Shown: positions 28,367 to 38,479, counted from the first letter of the stretch. The stretch is DNA of 64,000 nucleotides from Bythopirellula sp. (GCA_965216565.1 OZ244170.1:5147747-5211746), one strand, 5' to 3'. Notes: generated from the sequence alone by a model not told the origin. Numbers and translations: made by a program.

Positions 28367-29356
28367 ATGGAGTATTTATTAAGAAAGCTGGCCGCGTGTG
28401 TGCGAGGTTGCTTGCGAGCACTCACGACCCAGCGAAGTGAAGTCTCGCCGCTTAGCAAACTGCTTCGCGGTATTGTGCTTGTCCCCCTATTTGGCATGCT
28501 CTATGCCTCGTTGCGGGTATGGGTGCTAGTGAAAGGGCCGCTAGAAGTCGAGGCCACTACCTACTACGGCTGCACCTTCCGCTGCCGCATGCCGGATATG
28601 ATTCAGACGTATCTCTATCTGTTTGAAATCTGGGAACCCGATCTGTCTGCGTTTATCGATGATCGCATGCAGTCGGGAGGAACGTTTGTCGATGTTGGTG
28701 CAAACATTGGCTACCACACCCTATTGGCTGCTAAGCGACTTGCAGGACAGGTCGGTGGGGCAGGGCAGGGCGGCGGGGTGGCCATTGAATCGTCGCCAAA
28801 AGTGTTCGCGCTGCTGGAGCATTCGCTCGAGTCAAACAACCTGCAGCAGAACGTCCGCACTGTGAACAAGGCAGCGAGCGAGACCGTCGGCGTCCTGCCG
28901 TTGTTCGAAGGCCCCGACCAAAACATCGGCCTCAGCACGACCGTGCAGACGCGCGGGCTGCCCAGCGAGGGAGAAATTCCGGCTGCACCCTTGGGTGATC
29001 TGCTAAAAGCCGACGAAATTGCCAGTGCCAGATTGGTGAAGATTGATGTTGAAGGGGCCGAAGGGGCAGTCCTCGCAGGCATGAACTCGTTCTTGGACCA
29101 ATGTCCCCAGGAAGTCGAGCTACTCGTTGAGCTCTCCCCAGAGTGGTGGGAAGACCAGACTCTCACTCCCCAAGCAGTCTTACAACCCTTTCTGGATCGC
29201 GGATTTCACGTCTACGAAATAGAAAACAATCTTTGGCCTTGGCGATATTTGTGGCCGCAGGACGTCAGCCGTCCGCGTCGACTCAAACAGTCGCTTACCG
29301 AACGGGTACAACGATTGGATCTGGTGCTTTCGCGTACCGATGCGGAACAACTCTAA
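28367..29356 (+). CDS. FkbM family methyltransferase
   Basis: WEP, FVDVGANIGYHT, VKIDVEGAE. Confidence 0.9.
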   Translation: MEYLLRKLAACVRGCLRALTTQRSEVSPLSKLLRGIVLVPLFGMLYASLRVWVLVKGPLEVEATTYYGCTFRCRMPDMIQTYLYLFEIWEPDLSAFIDDRMQSGGTFVDVGANIGYHTLLAAKRLAGQVGGAGQGGGVAIESSPKVFALLEHSLESNNLQQNVRTVNKAASETVGVLPLFEGPDQNIGLSTTVQTRGLPSEGEIPAAPLGDLLKADEIASARLVKIDVEGAEGAVLAGMNSFLDQCPQEVELLVELSPEWWEDQTLTPQAVLQPFLDRGFHVYEIENNLWPWRYLWPQDVSRPRRLKQSLTERVQRLDLVLSRTDAEQL

Positions 29357-29403
29357 ACTTTTCCCGAAATCGGCTCCAGCACCTTTCGCAAGAACAGGTG
29401 GTA

Positions 29404-31518
29404 TCAGAAGCCCCGCTTCTTGCGTTTCTCGTCTTTCTCGATTTGCTGTTTGATCTGGTCGACTCTGTTTTGAGTTGAAAAGCGGTGCAGGTCCGAGCCG
29501 AATGGCCCGCGGAAGTGAGCGTGATCGAAGGCCTCGGCAGCCATTTCTTTCTCACCCAATTTGTAGAGAAGCTGCCCTTTGGCGCCGTAGTAGGTCGCAC
29601 TTCGCCGAGGGTTCAGGGCAATAGCACGATCCATCGTTTCCACAACTTTTCCCACATCGGCCTGACGGGCATAGATCTCTGCGAGACGGTTGTGGACTCG
29701 CGATTCGTAGTAGTATTTGTCAACTGCCTGAGTGAGGATGTCAATTGCCAACTCCGTATCGCCGCGCGTCGCCGCACGCCGGGCTCGTGTGAGGAAAGCT
29801 TCGACTCCGTCTGGACTCACCTCTTCCACCGTGGGCAAGTCTTGGTCGTTCAGGGGCGAATCGGGGGGCAACAACAGAACGCCCCTGCCCCGATGAACCA
29901 ATTCCCAGGGAGGATTGATCTTTGTCAGTTGGTCAGGAAACTGCTTGGGGTTCGACGCCACCAAGGCAACATCGGCGGGATACTTCTTAATAAATTCGCC
30001 ATTGAAATTCCCAGGCAGCAGGCGACTATGATAATCGTGATAGATTTCATCGCCGTAGAGTGTGTTGGCGCGGCCATCGAAAAACAGCTTATAGCCGGGA
30101 GCATTCAAGATGATAAATCCGCCCCAGTTGTAGTAGTTCAGCACACGCTTGTCCGGTTGCACCTCATTGAGCCAGGCGACCTGATCTTCTGGGTAGCGAT
30201 CGGTCATCGCCCAATCGCGGAGCAGACTTTCGCCAAAGCGAACCTCGCTCCAGGTATAGCCAGCCACGAACAGGGCTAACACGCTCGCTCCAACGCCCAC
30301 CCAGGGTGCCTTGGCTTGCGGAAGCAGCTCGTAAAGTTTGTCGCGGTAGTAAACCAGGCAAATAGCTGCCAGCGGTGCCGCGGTTACGCAAAACAAGGGG
30401 ATAAACCGCCGCGAACCACACGCGAGATAGAACGTCACAAAACTGAGCGCAATCAGATAGTTACCGGGCTTGTATTTGGAGTCCTTCTCCGAAATGTTCA
30501 TCAAGTTGGTGACAAAGGCGCCGGTAAATACGAGGAGAATGAAAAGCATGTAGGGTTTCGTCGTCAGATCGCCACTTCTCAGATCTTGGAGCACATCGGG
30601 GTTGTTGTACTTCAACCACATCAACCCATTGATTAAGAGAATCACCCCCGTGATCGAATACACCATCAGCTTAGGACGGCGACAACTAGCTCCAACCGCC
30701 GCCAACATGACGATCCACCAAAAGGTGCCCTCGAAATAATAGGGATCCAATCCGAACAACGGCGGGTTCCACTCCACCAATCCTCGGTACGGCGAATCTT
30801 TGAAAAAGTAATCGAGCTGAAACTCCGCGATCCACGGGCCGTAGGGATTTACCATCCAAACGAAGAGGCACAACCCCACAGACACCCACTGCCACCAGGG
30901 GATCGAAAGTTCTTTTTCTTTGATTGATTGCTCGATGGTCCGCACCAAGACCATCAGCCCCACCATGCCGATGCCAAAGACGAAACCGGCGTGCAAGTTC
31001 GTCCACAGCACTATCAACGGCGGCCATAACCATAGAGCCCACTTCTTGTGACGCGTCACCAGTACGATTGCCACCATCAGCAACGTGACGGGATGGGGTC
31101 GGACGTCGAGAAACCAGTGCGAAGCAATCGTCGCCAGCCAAACCGTCAATCCCGCGGCAAACATCGACTTGGTCGCTTCATACGCCAGCATGAACACCAG
31201 CGTGAAGATCACCACATACAACCCAATCGTAAACCAAGCCACGGCGTCCGGCGTGATCTGATAGATCTTCCAGTACAGGACGTCCCACAACCATTCGTGG
31301 TTGGTCCACTCCTTGCCGCCGTAGGTGTGCGAAAACGGATCGGTCCGTGGAACCGCACCCCGCTCCCAAATATCGCGCCCCGCAGCCAGGTGCCAAAATA
31401 GGTCGGAGCCCATGATGAACTGCTGGAAAAACCAAGCCGTCACCGCAGCAAAGATGGCAGCCGGGGCCAAGAGACTACGGTTAAACTTCTCCAAACTATC
31501 AGACTGTGGTTCTTCCAT
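29404..31518 (-). CDS. Multi-pass membrane protein (GT-C glycosyltransferase-like) with C-terminal TPR
   Basis: DLFWHLAAGR...DPFS...NHEWL luminal loop, WTNLHAGF, many TM helices, FFDGRANTLY, TPR-like helices; start taken at ATG 31518. Confidence 0.65.
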   Translation of the reverse strand: MEEPQSDSLEKFNRSLLAPAAIFAAVTAWFFQQFIMGSDLFWHLAAGRDIWERGAVPRTDPFSHTYGGKEWTNHEWLWDVLYWKIYQITPDAVAWFTIGLYVVIFTLVFMLAYEATKSMFAAGLTVWLATIASHWFLDVRPHPVTLLMVAIVLVTRHKKWALWLWPPLIVLWTNLHAGFVFGIGMVGLMVLVRTIEQSIKEKELSIPWWQWVSVGLCLFVWMVNPYGPWIAEFQLDYFFKDSPYRGLVEWNPPLFGLDPYYFEGTFWWIVMLAAVGASCRRPKLMVYSITGVILLINGLMWLKYNNPDVLQDLRSGDLTTKPYMLFILLVFTGAFVTNLMNISEKDSKYKPGNYLIALSFVTFYLACGSRRFIPLFCVTAAPLAAICLVYYRDKLYELLPQAKAPWVGVGASVLALFVAGYTWSEVRFGESLLRDWAMTDRYPEDQVAWLNEVQPDKRVLNYYNWGGFIILNAPGYKLFFDGRANTLYGDEIYHDYHSRLLPGNFNGEFIKKYPADVALVASNPKQFPDQLTKINPPWELVHRGRGVLLLPPDSPLNDQDLPTVEEVSPDGVEAFLTRARRAATRGDTELAIDILTQAVDKYYYESRVHNRLAEIYARQADVGKVVETMDRAIALNPRRSATYYGAKGQLLYKLGEKEMAAEAFDHAHFRGPFGSDLHRFSTQNRVDQIKQQIEKDEKRKKRGF

Positions 31519-31559
31519 AAGGCATGTCGAAAGCGCAAAGCGAATAGGTTGGCAAACAA

Positions 31560-31590
31560 TTCCGAAATCCGCAATCCGCATTCCGAAATC
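31560..31590. repeat. Heptamer tandem repeat (WTCCGMA) x4
   Basis: ttccgaa atccgca atccgca ttccgaa atc, next to the tRNA 3' end. Confidence 0.75.
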
Positions 31591-31596
31591 GACAAG

Positions 31597-31670
<74 letters not shown>

Positions 31671-31791
31671 GTTGGTAGCCCCTGAGTATAGCTGCTGCGC
31701 TTAGAGGGAGAAACCGGTATTGCTTGCGGCCAGCCTCTTCTCGGTTGGATATTAAAATCAGTGTGATGTCGCCCTAGCGATTCACAATAAT

Positions 31792-31819
31792 ATTCGTGTT
31801 GATCCGTGCTATTCGTGGT
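31792..31819. repeat. Solo arm of a roughly 9-nt-periodic repeat
   Basis: attcgtgttgatccgtgctattcgtggt abutting the stop codon of the beta-propeller gene; same style as arms at 33129 and 56339. Confidence 0.55.
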
Positions 31820-33076
31820 CTAACTTCCTGAGTCACCAACTAGAAATAGATGCGTCTCGCCGCGCACCAGTAGCTTGCCGCGGACGGGGACGGGGGTGGC
31901 GATGGTGCTTTCGTCCATGGCATTCTCGGCCACGATTTCCAGGTCGTCCTCGGTAAGTCGGCAAACCATGATCACGCCGTCTTCGCGGGCGCAGTAAAGC
32001 AAGTCGCCAGCCAACACGGGCGAGGCGTAGTACTTGGCCCGCGCTTTGGGGAGTGTTTCTTCCCACCGCTTTTCGCCGGAGAGTTTGTCCAGCCCATAGA
32101 GAGTCCCTTTGTCGGTGAGTAGAATCACGCGCGATCCGGTGATCAGCGGCGTCGGTACGTCGGAGCCGATTTCGGTGAGCTCCCACAGGCGATGCGTGTC
32201 GGTGGTATCCCCCTGGGCGTCTTCGAGTTTTATGGCCGCCAAAAATTCACCGCGGCCGTAAGGAACGATGGCCACTTGGTTGTCGACCGCTGGCGAGGCA
32301 ATCACCCGCCACTGCCCTTTGTTTTCCGGATTGAAACCGCCGCATTCCCACAAGAGCTCGCCGGTGGCCAAGTCGTGCCCGGTCAGATGATCTGCCCCCC
32401 AAGTGACAATCACTTTTTTGCTACCTTGCGAAACGACTGCGGGTGTGGTGTACGACTGGTCGGATTCCTTTTCCGTCTCATACTTGCGAGGCTGTTTCCA
32501 TGCAACCTTCCCGGTGTCTGCATCGAACGCCACTAGGTAGGAATCCCCATCTTGCATCACTGCGACCACAATTTTCCCCTCGTCCAACAGGGGCGAAGTG
32601 CCCAGGTCCCACCAGAGCGTGTCAGGGCCATACAGCTCTTGCAGGTTTTTTTGCCAGAGGAGTTTGCCCTGCAGGTTGAAGGAGGCGAGCGTACCACTCT
32701 TGTAGTACACGGCGAGGTGATTTCCATCGGTGGCGGGCGAGGGGTTGCTGCCTGTGCCATTGCGATGCCTGCCAATCCGCTCAGGCCCGAGAGATTGCCG
32801 CCATAATTCTTCGCCGGCGAAGTCATAGCAGACGACGCCGTCCTGACCGTCGATGGGGCAGGTGACGAAGATCTGCTCTTCCCACACGGCAGGCGTCGAA
32901 CTGCCGCGGCCAGGGAGTTCTACTTTCCAATCGACATTGCTCTCAGCAGAGAACTCGACTGGGTAATCGCCGTCGACCGCGATGCCTTGCCCCGCTGGCC
33001 CCCGCCATCCGGGCCAGTTGTCGGCGTGGGAATTCGTGGACAGGACCAAGAACGCTAGAAGGAATAGCAATCGCAT
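31820..33076 (-). CDS. PQQ-binding-like beta-propeller protein (BamB-like)
   Basis: Signal peptide, NWPGWRGP, WKVELPGRGSSTP, repeated G-x-x-x-W blades, YYASPV; start taken at ATG 33076. Confidence 0.9.
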   Translation of the reverse strand: MRLLFLLAFLVLSTNSHADNWPGWRGPAGQGIAVDGDYPVEFSAESNVDWKVELPGRGSSTPAVWEEQIFVTCPIDGQDGVVCYDFAGEELWRQSLGPERIGRHRNGTGSNPSPATDGNHLAVYYKSGTLASFNLQGKLLWQKNLQELYGPDTLWWDLGTSPLLDEGKIVVAVMQDGDSYLVAFDADTGKVAWKQPRKYETEKESDQSYTTPAVVSQGSKKVIVTWGADHLTGHDLATGELLWECGGFNPENKGQWRVIASPAVDNQVAIVPYGRGEFLAAIKLEDAQGDTTDTHRLWELTEIGSDVPTPLITGSRVILLTDKGTLYGLDKLSGEKRWEETLPKARAKYYASPVLAGDLLYCAREDGVIMVCRLTEDDLEIVAENAMDESTIATPVPVRGKLLVRGETHLFLVGDSGS

Positions 33077-33128
33077 TGCTGTTGTCTCCAAGAGTTGGAA
33101 TGACGAATCGCAGTTTAATGAAATTTTG

Positions 33129-33296
33129 CCACAGAGTTCACAGAGGACACGGAGCATCAGTTGTTGCTTCCAGCATATCCCCCTCCCCCGTATGCGGGGG
33201 AGGGGTTAGGGGAGGGGGCTTTTTGGAAACCATATCCTTCGTGTATTGATGGTCCCAGTCTTAAACAGTCCCCCTTTGTCTCTGTGATCTCTGTGG
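33129..33296. repeat. Nested repeats: CCACAGAG-type inverted pair enclosing a CCCCTCCCC hairpin repeat
   Basis: Left 33129-33154, right 33274-33296; inner tccccctcccccgtatgcgggggaggggttaggggaggggg 33178-33218. Confidence 0.75.
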
Positions 33297-33305
33297 TTAA
33301 CTGTC

Positions 33306-34649
33306 TCAAACACCTCCAATAACCTGCTCCGCTTCGTCGCAGGTCGCTTTGGCTTCTTCCTGGGTCGGAGCTTCGGCAAATACGCGGACAATTGGTTCGG
33401 TGTTACTCGCTCGTACCAGGAGCCATTTGCTGGACCAATCGAGTCGCAGGCCATCGAGTCGATCGGACGTCGCTTCGGAAAAGTGCTTCTCCAGTGCATC
33501 GAGTGCTGTGCCGACTTTGTCGGTGGCCAGGTTGACCTTCGCTTTGTGGAGCGAATATCGAGGCAACTCGTCGACGAGTGAGCTGATGGGCTGCTCGCGC
33601 GCTGCCATGGCGTCGAGCACCAATGCCATGCCGACAAAGCTGTCGCGGACATAGCCGATGCGGGGATCGATCACGCCGCCGTTCCCTTCGCCGCCGAGGA
33701 CGGCGCCGGTATTCATCATCAAATCGGAGACGTTGGCTTCGCCGACTTTGGATCGTTCAAAAGGTACGGAGTACTTCTCGGCCAAGTCCTGGGTCATTCG
33801 GCTGGTGGAGCAGTTGGTAACAACGGGCCCAGGCGTTTGACGCAACACATGATCGGCACACAAGGCGAGCGTGTACTCTTCGCCAATGTAGCGGGAGTGT
33901 TCGTCGATGATTGCCAAGCGGTCGGCGTCGGGATCTTGGCAGAACCCGATGTCGCAGCCATTAGCTTGGACTAGCTCTAGTACCTGCCGAAGATTCTCGG
34001 CGGTGGGCTCGGGGGGATGTTCGAATAAGCCATCGGCGTCGGGTCCAAGCACCGAGACCGCGCAGCCAAGCTCTTGGAGCAGCGGCACTCCGAGTACGGC
34101 ACCCGATCCATGATTCGAATCGAGCATGACTTTGAATTGTCGCGAACGAATTCGCTCGACATCGCAAATGCCGGTGATCATCGCCAGATGAGCGGAGGTA
34201 CTGTCTTCGATTTTGTGACACGTGCCCAACTGGTCAAACGACCGCCAGCGTGGCGGTTCGCCCCGATAACGATCGATGACCTTCTGTCCCGCCTTGGCGG
34301 GAATCACACGACCCGTTTCGTCGAACAGCTTCATGCCGTTGTACTCGGGCGGATTGTGGCTGGCGGATATTTGAATGCCGCCCACAGCGCGCTGATGCCG
34401 GACTAAAATGCCCGTGGTGGGTGTCGCTGCCACGTCCGCATCCAGACAGGTTTTGCCCATCGCCATTAACGTCCCGCGCACGATTTCGGCAATCATCGGC
34501 CCCGTATGCCGGCCATCGCGGGTGACGAGCACAGGCCCATCGGGAAGCGATTCCGCAAAAGCGGCGACATACCGCGTGGCAATTTCGGGAGTGAGCGACT
34601 CGCCGATAATACCGCGAAGTCCTGAGACGCTGATAATGGGTTCGGGCAT
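33306..34649 (-). CDS. glmM: Phosphoglucosamine mutase / phosphohexomutase
   Basis: SVSGLRG, ISASHNP, QDPDADR, GGEGNGG, VRASNTEP; substrate (GlcN vs Man/Glc) not determinable by eye. Confidence 0.8.
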   Translation of the reverse strand: MPEPIISVSGLRGIIGESLTPEIATRYVAAFAESLPDGPVLVTRDGRHTGPMIAEIVRGTLMAMGKTCLDADVAATPTTGILVRHQRAVGGIQISASHNPPEYNGMKLFDETGRVIPAKAGQKVIDRYRGEPPRWRSFDQLGTCHKIEDSTSAHLAMITGICDVERIRSRQFKVMLDSNHGSGAVLGVPLLQELGCAVSVLGPDADGLFEHPPEPTAENLRQVLELVQANGCDIGFCQDPDADRLAIIDEHSRYIGEEYTLALCADHVLRQTPGPVVTNCSTSRMTQDLAEKYSVPFERSKVGEANVSDLMMNTGAVLGGEGNGGVIDPRIGYVRDSFVGMALVLDAMAAREQPISSLVDELPRYSLHKAKVNLATDKVGTALDALEKHFSEATSDRLDGLRLDWSSKWLLVRASNTEPIVRVFAEAPTQEEAKATCDEAEQVIGGV

Positions 34650-34691
34650 GGATTGATGTGAGATAATTGAGACCAGGTTGAATGATTGGGT

Positions 34692-34735
34692 TGCCAGTTT
34701 GAAAGACTGAGCTGCCAGATTGAAAGACTGAGCTG
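34692..34735. repeat. Two tandem 21-bp direct repeats
   Basis: tgccagtttgaaagactgagc / tgccagattgaaagactgagc. Confidence 0.85.
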
Positions 34736-34809
34736 ATAGTGCAGCAACATCGTAACAGAAGCACTAGCCTGCGAACAATCACATCATTACAAGAAGCTCC
34801 TTGCCGATG

Positions 34810-34818
34810 TGGTATAAT
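34810..34818 (+). promoter_or_regulatory. Extended -10 promoter element
   Basis: TGgTATAAT, 6 nt before GTG at 34825. Confidence 0.5.
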
Positions 34819-34824
34819 TCTGAG

Positions 34825-35946
34825 GTGACCGATCAAAGTGGACATTCCCGACGCGATTTTCTCAAGGGGCGTGGAGCTGCGCACGTTCTTGCTGAGAAGC
34901 TAGCTCAACTGGCCGATCGCCACCTGGGTGATGGGTCTCCCAAGAAGCCAAACCCGACCGAGGTCACCCGTCAGCATCTGCATGTGCAGGCAACGCGCCG
35001 TGCGATGGCTTGCGAATTTCAGGTCACGTACCACAAAGAAGATCTGGATGCCGCTGAGCCAGCCTTGGACGCACTCGACTCGATCGAGGCACTAGAAGCG
35101 CAACTCACAATCTATCGCCAGCACAGCGAGATACTGGAGATCAACCGTCAGGCAGCTAGCAAGCCGGTGCTCGTCGAACCTCACCTGTTTGCCCTCCTAG
35201 AACAAGCAAAACGTATCTATGAGCAAACGGGTGGGGCGTTTGATATCACCAGCACGCCGCTGAGCCGTGTGTGGGGATTTCTCAAGCGTGAGGGGCGACG
35301 GCCTGGGGACGAGGAATTCGCAACCGCACTCGCCCGGGTAGGTTGCGACAAGGTGCTGCTTGACCAAAGTGACGGCAGCGTGAGATTTTCTGAACCTGAT
35401 GTGGAAATCAATCTGAATTCCATTGGCAAAGGCTACGCACTCGATCGGGTTTCGGCGGGCATGGAGGAGCTTGGTGTCAAAGACTTTCTCTTGCATGGGG
35501 GAAGTAGTAGTGTGCTGGCTCGTGGTTGCAATCGGAGTACTCCACAGCAGGGCTGGACGATTGGGCTCCGCGATCCTCTGTCACCAGAGCGGCGAATCGC
35601 AGAGCTTTTCCTGCGAGATCGGGCCCTCGCCACAGCCGGGGGTGGCACGCAGTTCTTCGAGCATGAAGGGTCAAAATTCAGTCACATTATTGATCCGCGC
35701 ACCGGCTGGCCTGCGCGAAACCGTTACACGGCTACCGTGCTGGCACCGACGGCTGCGGAAGCCGATGCGGTGGCTACCGCTTTGTTTGTGATGGACTTGG
35801 ACGAAGCGGGCGAGTATTGTGCCAGTCACCCTGCCGTGGCCGCGGTGTTGGTGTTCCCTGGCACAGACGGCTCAGGAATCGCTATCAAGGCCTGGGGGCT
35901 GGAAGATGACGACTGGCAAGTGCTAGACGATTCGTTGCTGGCATGA
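34825..35946 (+). CDS. apbE: FAD:protein FMN transferase ApbE
   Basis: AMACEF, SEILEIN, GAFDIT, NSIGKGYALD, HIIDPRTG, ADAVATA; SRRDFLK at N-terminus. Confidence 0.92.
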   Translation: MTDQSGHSRRDFLKGRGAAHVLAEKLAQLADRHLGDGSPKKPNPTEVTRQHLHVQATRRAMACEFQVTYHKEDLDAAEPALDALDSIEALEAQLTIYRQHSEILEINRQAASKPVLVEPHLFALLEQAKRIYEQTGGAFDITSTPLSRVWGFLKREGRRPGDEEFATALARVGCDKVLLDQSDGSVRFSEPDVEINLNSIGKGYALDRVSAGMEELGVKDFLLHGGSSSVLARGCNRSTPQQGWTIGLRDPLSPERRIAELFLRDRALATAGGGTQFFEHEGSKFSHIIDPRTGWPARNRYTATVLAPTAAEADAVATALFVMDLDEAGEYCASHPAVAAVLVFPGTDGSGIAIKAWGLEDDDWQVLDDSLLA

Positions 35947-36013
35947 CGCCGAGAACTTAGCTGCTGTCGGAGACGAATCTCGCAATACTTGAACATAGGA
36001 AAAGAGTCGAGGC

Positions 36014-36715
36014 GTGCTTGAACCGTTGATTGAACATGTGGGTTATCTGGGCATCATCATCATCTTGTTGCTCACGGGGTGCGGCCTGCCTGTTCCGGAA
36101 GAAATTCCCATCGTGATCGCCGGTGTGGTTAGTTCGCAGGGCGAGCTCGTCCCTCATTGGGCATTTCTAGCTTGCCTGGTCGGTGCGTTATTGGGCGATT
36201 CTGCCATGTATGCCATTGGTTACCACTTTGGGCATAGCTTGGTTCTCAAGCATCCACGCTTCGGAAAGTTTGTCGGCGCCCAGCGAGAAGAGTATTTCGA
36301 AAAAGCGATCCAGAAGCACAGCTTCAAGGTGCTACTATTGGCCCGATTCATGGTAGGTGTGCGAGGACCGGTCTACTTGGCGGCGGGCGTGGTGCGGATG
36401 CCCTTTCGCCGTTTCATACTTTGTGATTTGGTGGCTGCCACGTTAGTGGTAGGAACTTTTTTTGGGCTCTCGTTCTACTACGGAGCCGCGATCACTGAGT
36501 TTGTTACCGACGCAGAACAAAAGTTGACGCTCGTGTTTCTGCTCGTGCTCGGCTGTGTCTTTCTCTGGTGGCGACGTCGCCGACGACAGCATTTGTTGGA
36601 TGAAGCAGTCGAACGACACGAAGAGCCAGAAGATTGGCCTGCTCGTGCAGGCAAATCGGAGCAATCGGAACCGCAAGAATCTGATCCACACTCCGTCCAG
36701 GACAAGAGTGCTTGA
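36014..36715 (+). CDS. DedA family membrane protein
   Basis: GLPVPEE, GALLGD, ARFMVGVR, AG..RMPFRRF..D. Confidence 0.92.
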   Translation: MLEPLIEHVGYLGIIIILLLTGCGLPVPEEIPIVIAGVVSSQGELVPHWAFLACLVGALLGDSAMYAIGYHFGHSLVLKHPRFGKFVGAQREEYFEKAIQKHSFKVLLLARFMVGVRGPVYLAAGVVRMPFRRFILCDLVAATLVVGTFFGLSFYYGAAITEFVTDAEQKLTLVFLLVLGCVFLWWRRRRRQHLLDEAVERHEEPEDWPARAGKSEQSEPQESDPHSVQDKSA

Positions 36716-36737
36716 ACCGAGATTGAATCAGAAGTCT

Positions 36738-37652
36738 CTAATTCTGCCGGTGTCGGCGGGGGCAAACCAAGCTGCTTCCCATCAGCAGCAAGAATGTGCT
36801 GGGCTCTGGAACCGCAGTCGCTGCACTGAGGGGCGCTCCGGTCGATGCAACTTGCCAGATCAAAAAGTCCTGGCCATCGGAGAGCCCATCCCCATTGGCA
36901 TCCGCACCGTCGTCGACGTTGTAGGAGAGTTCCCACTGGTCCAAATCGGCACCGTTTACACTGCCATCGCCTGTGAAATCAGCAGGGCTCGGATTGATGA
37001 CGTTATAGTCGCCTGGGCCGTGGAGCAAGCCTCCGTTGGGATCGGTGAGTTCGATGCGGAGGGTGTTTGCTACGGTCGAGATCCACGCATCTTGATCTGT
37101 CCATAGTCCTGCCATTTCTGCAACTCCGCCACGGACATCGGCCTGGGTGTTGTCTACGCCATCGATATTCCATTGGATGTGGTCAACCATGTCGGCGGAT
37201 TGGCCAAAGGAAAGCGATCCGCCATTGGGCCAGTAAAGATTAATGGAGTAAGCATCTTGGTCCATGGTCGATGCGAAATTGCCACCCATCTGGTTGATGT
37301 CCAGATTGTCGCTGTCTTGGGGGCCATTGTTATCCAGGTGAAGAAACAGCGATGTACCTGCTTCGATGGTCACTCCATCTAGGCCCGCCGGAGCGGTGTA
37401 CCTTCGCTCGCCGTCGTCGTCGCTATGCGAACAAAATCGCCAACCATCGAGAACTTGGTTCGTTGAGCCGAAATTGTGCAACTCGATGATTTGGGTCGTA
37501 AAATCAATGGACGTAAATTGCACATCGCGTTCAGCTGCTAAGCCTGTGTTCAAGGAGCAAGTCGCGATGGTGATGAGTAGCAGGGAAAACAGAGAGCGCC
37601 CCAGCGATACTGGTCGGGACTGGCAAACTCGGGACTGGCAGAAGAGGCTCAT
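36738..37652 (-). CDS. PEP-CTERM protein with dockerin-like repeats
   Basis: Signal peptide, IELHNFG...LDGW (lamin-tail-like), ADFTGDGSVNGADL..W, VPEP + TM + RRHR. Confidence 0.85.
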   Translation of the reverse strand: MSLFCQSRVCQSRPVSLGRSLFSLLLITIATCSLNTGLAAERDVQFTSIDFTTQIIELHNFGSTNQVLDGWRFCSHSDDDGERRYTAPAGLDGVTIEAGTSLFLHLDNNGPQDSDNLDINQMGGNFASTMDQDAYSINLYWPNGGSLSFGQSADMVDHIQWNIDGVDNTQADVRGGVAEMAGLWTDQDAWISTVANTLRIELTDPNGGLLHGPGDYNVINPSPADFTGDGSVNGADLDQWELSYNVDDGADANGDGLSDGQDFLIWQVASTGAPLSAATAVPEPSTFLLLMGSSLVCPRRHRQN

Positions 37653-38050
37653 GAATTCGCTCCAGGGCTGTTTCTAAGACACCAAGTCTTGAATAACTAG
37701 TCCGTTGGTGGGGGTTAACTGTAGAGGTTTTGTCATTACGTGCAATACGGAGAGTGCCGATGACTGGATGCAGATTAATTGAAGAGCACCGAAACTTCTG
37801 TTAATCAACTTACACACTGCCGATGCTACGAAGATCTTCAGGAGGGCATTCACACCTTTATAGATACTGCCGTAACAAAACGTCGCATTTCTGGCAGCAA
37901 ATAATTTGCTTCCCGGCAAATTGTGACCTAGGTTTTCAATGGAGACAAATATTCTCTTCACCAGAGTTCATCAGGCACCTTTGTTTCCCGAAACCACTAC
38001 CTCAATTGGTACGGTGCCAATTGGATTGTTGAGCGACTCTTCTCTGAAAT

Positions 38051-38479
38051 GTGTCTACGATGCCCGTATGCTCACCACCACGGGTGGCAGGAGGCCTACC
38101 TAGAAAACGCGGCGTGGCCGCTGCCGAAATGGCACTCTGTCTGCCGCTGATTGTGCTCTTGGTTTTAGCTTCGCTGGAAGCTTGCAGCATGATCTTCCTG
38201 AATCACGGACTGGCCATCGCCAGTTACGAGAGCGTCCGGATAGCGATCAACTACGACGGCACCAATGCGGATGTCACCAGTCGCTACCAAGAGATCATCG
38301 ATTCGCGCAATATCGAAGACGCGACGATCCAACTGAATCCTGTGGATTGCTCCCAGGTGCCACGCGGCGAAACGATTGCCGTCACGGTGTCGGCACCCTG
38401 CGATAGCAACGCCCTAATCCCCCCCTGGTTTTTCGGAGGACAAACCCTGTTTTCGACGACCACGATGGTCAAAGAGTAG
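38051..38479 (+). CDS. TadE family pseudopilin
   Basis: RKRG|VAAAEMALCLP prepilin motif, YESVR. Confidence 0.85.
   Translation: MSTMPVCSPPRVAGGLPRKRGVAAAEMALCLPLIVLLVLASLEACSMIFLNHGLAIASYESVRIAINYDGTNADVTSRYQEIIDSRNIEDATIQLNPVDCSQVPRGETIAVTVSAPCDSNALIPPWFFGGQTLFSTTTMVKE

Noticed and set aside
37653..38050. c-di-GMP riboswitch upstream of the tad cluster
   Set aside because: GGCAAA is present, but the GAAA tetraloop and GACGCAAAG elements are missing
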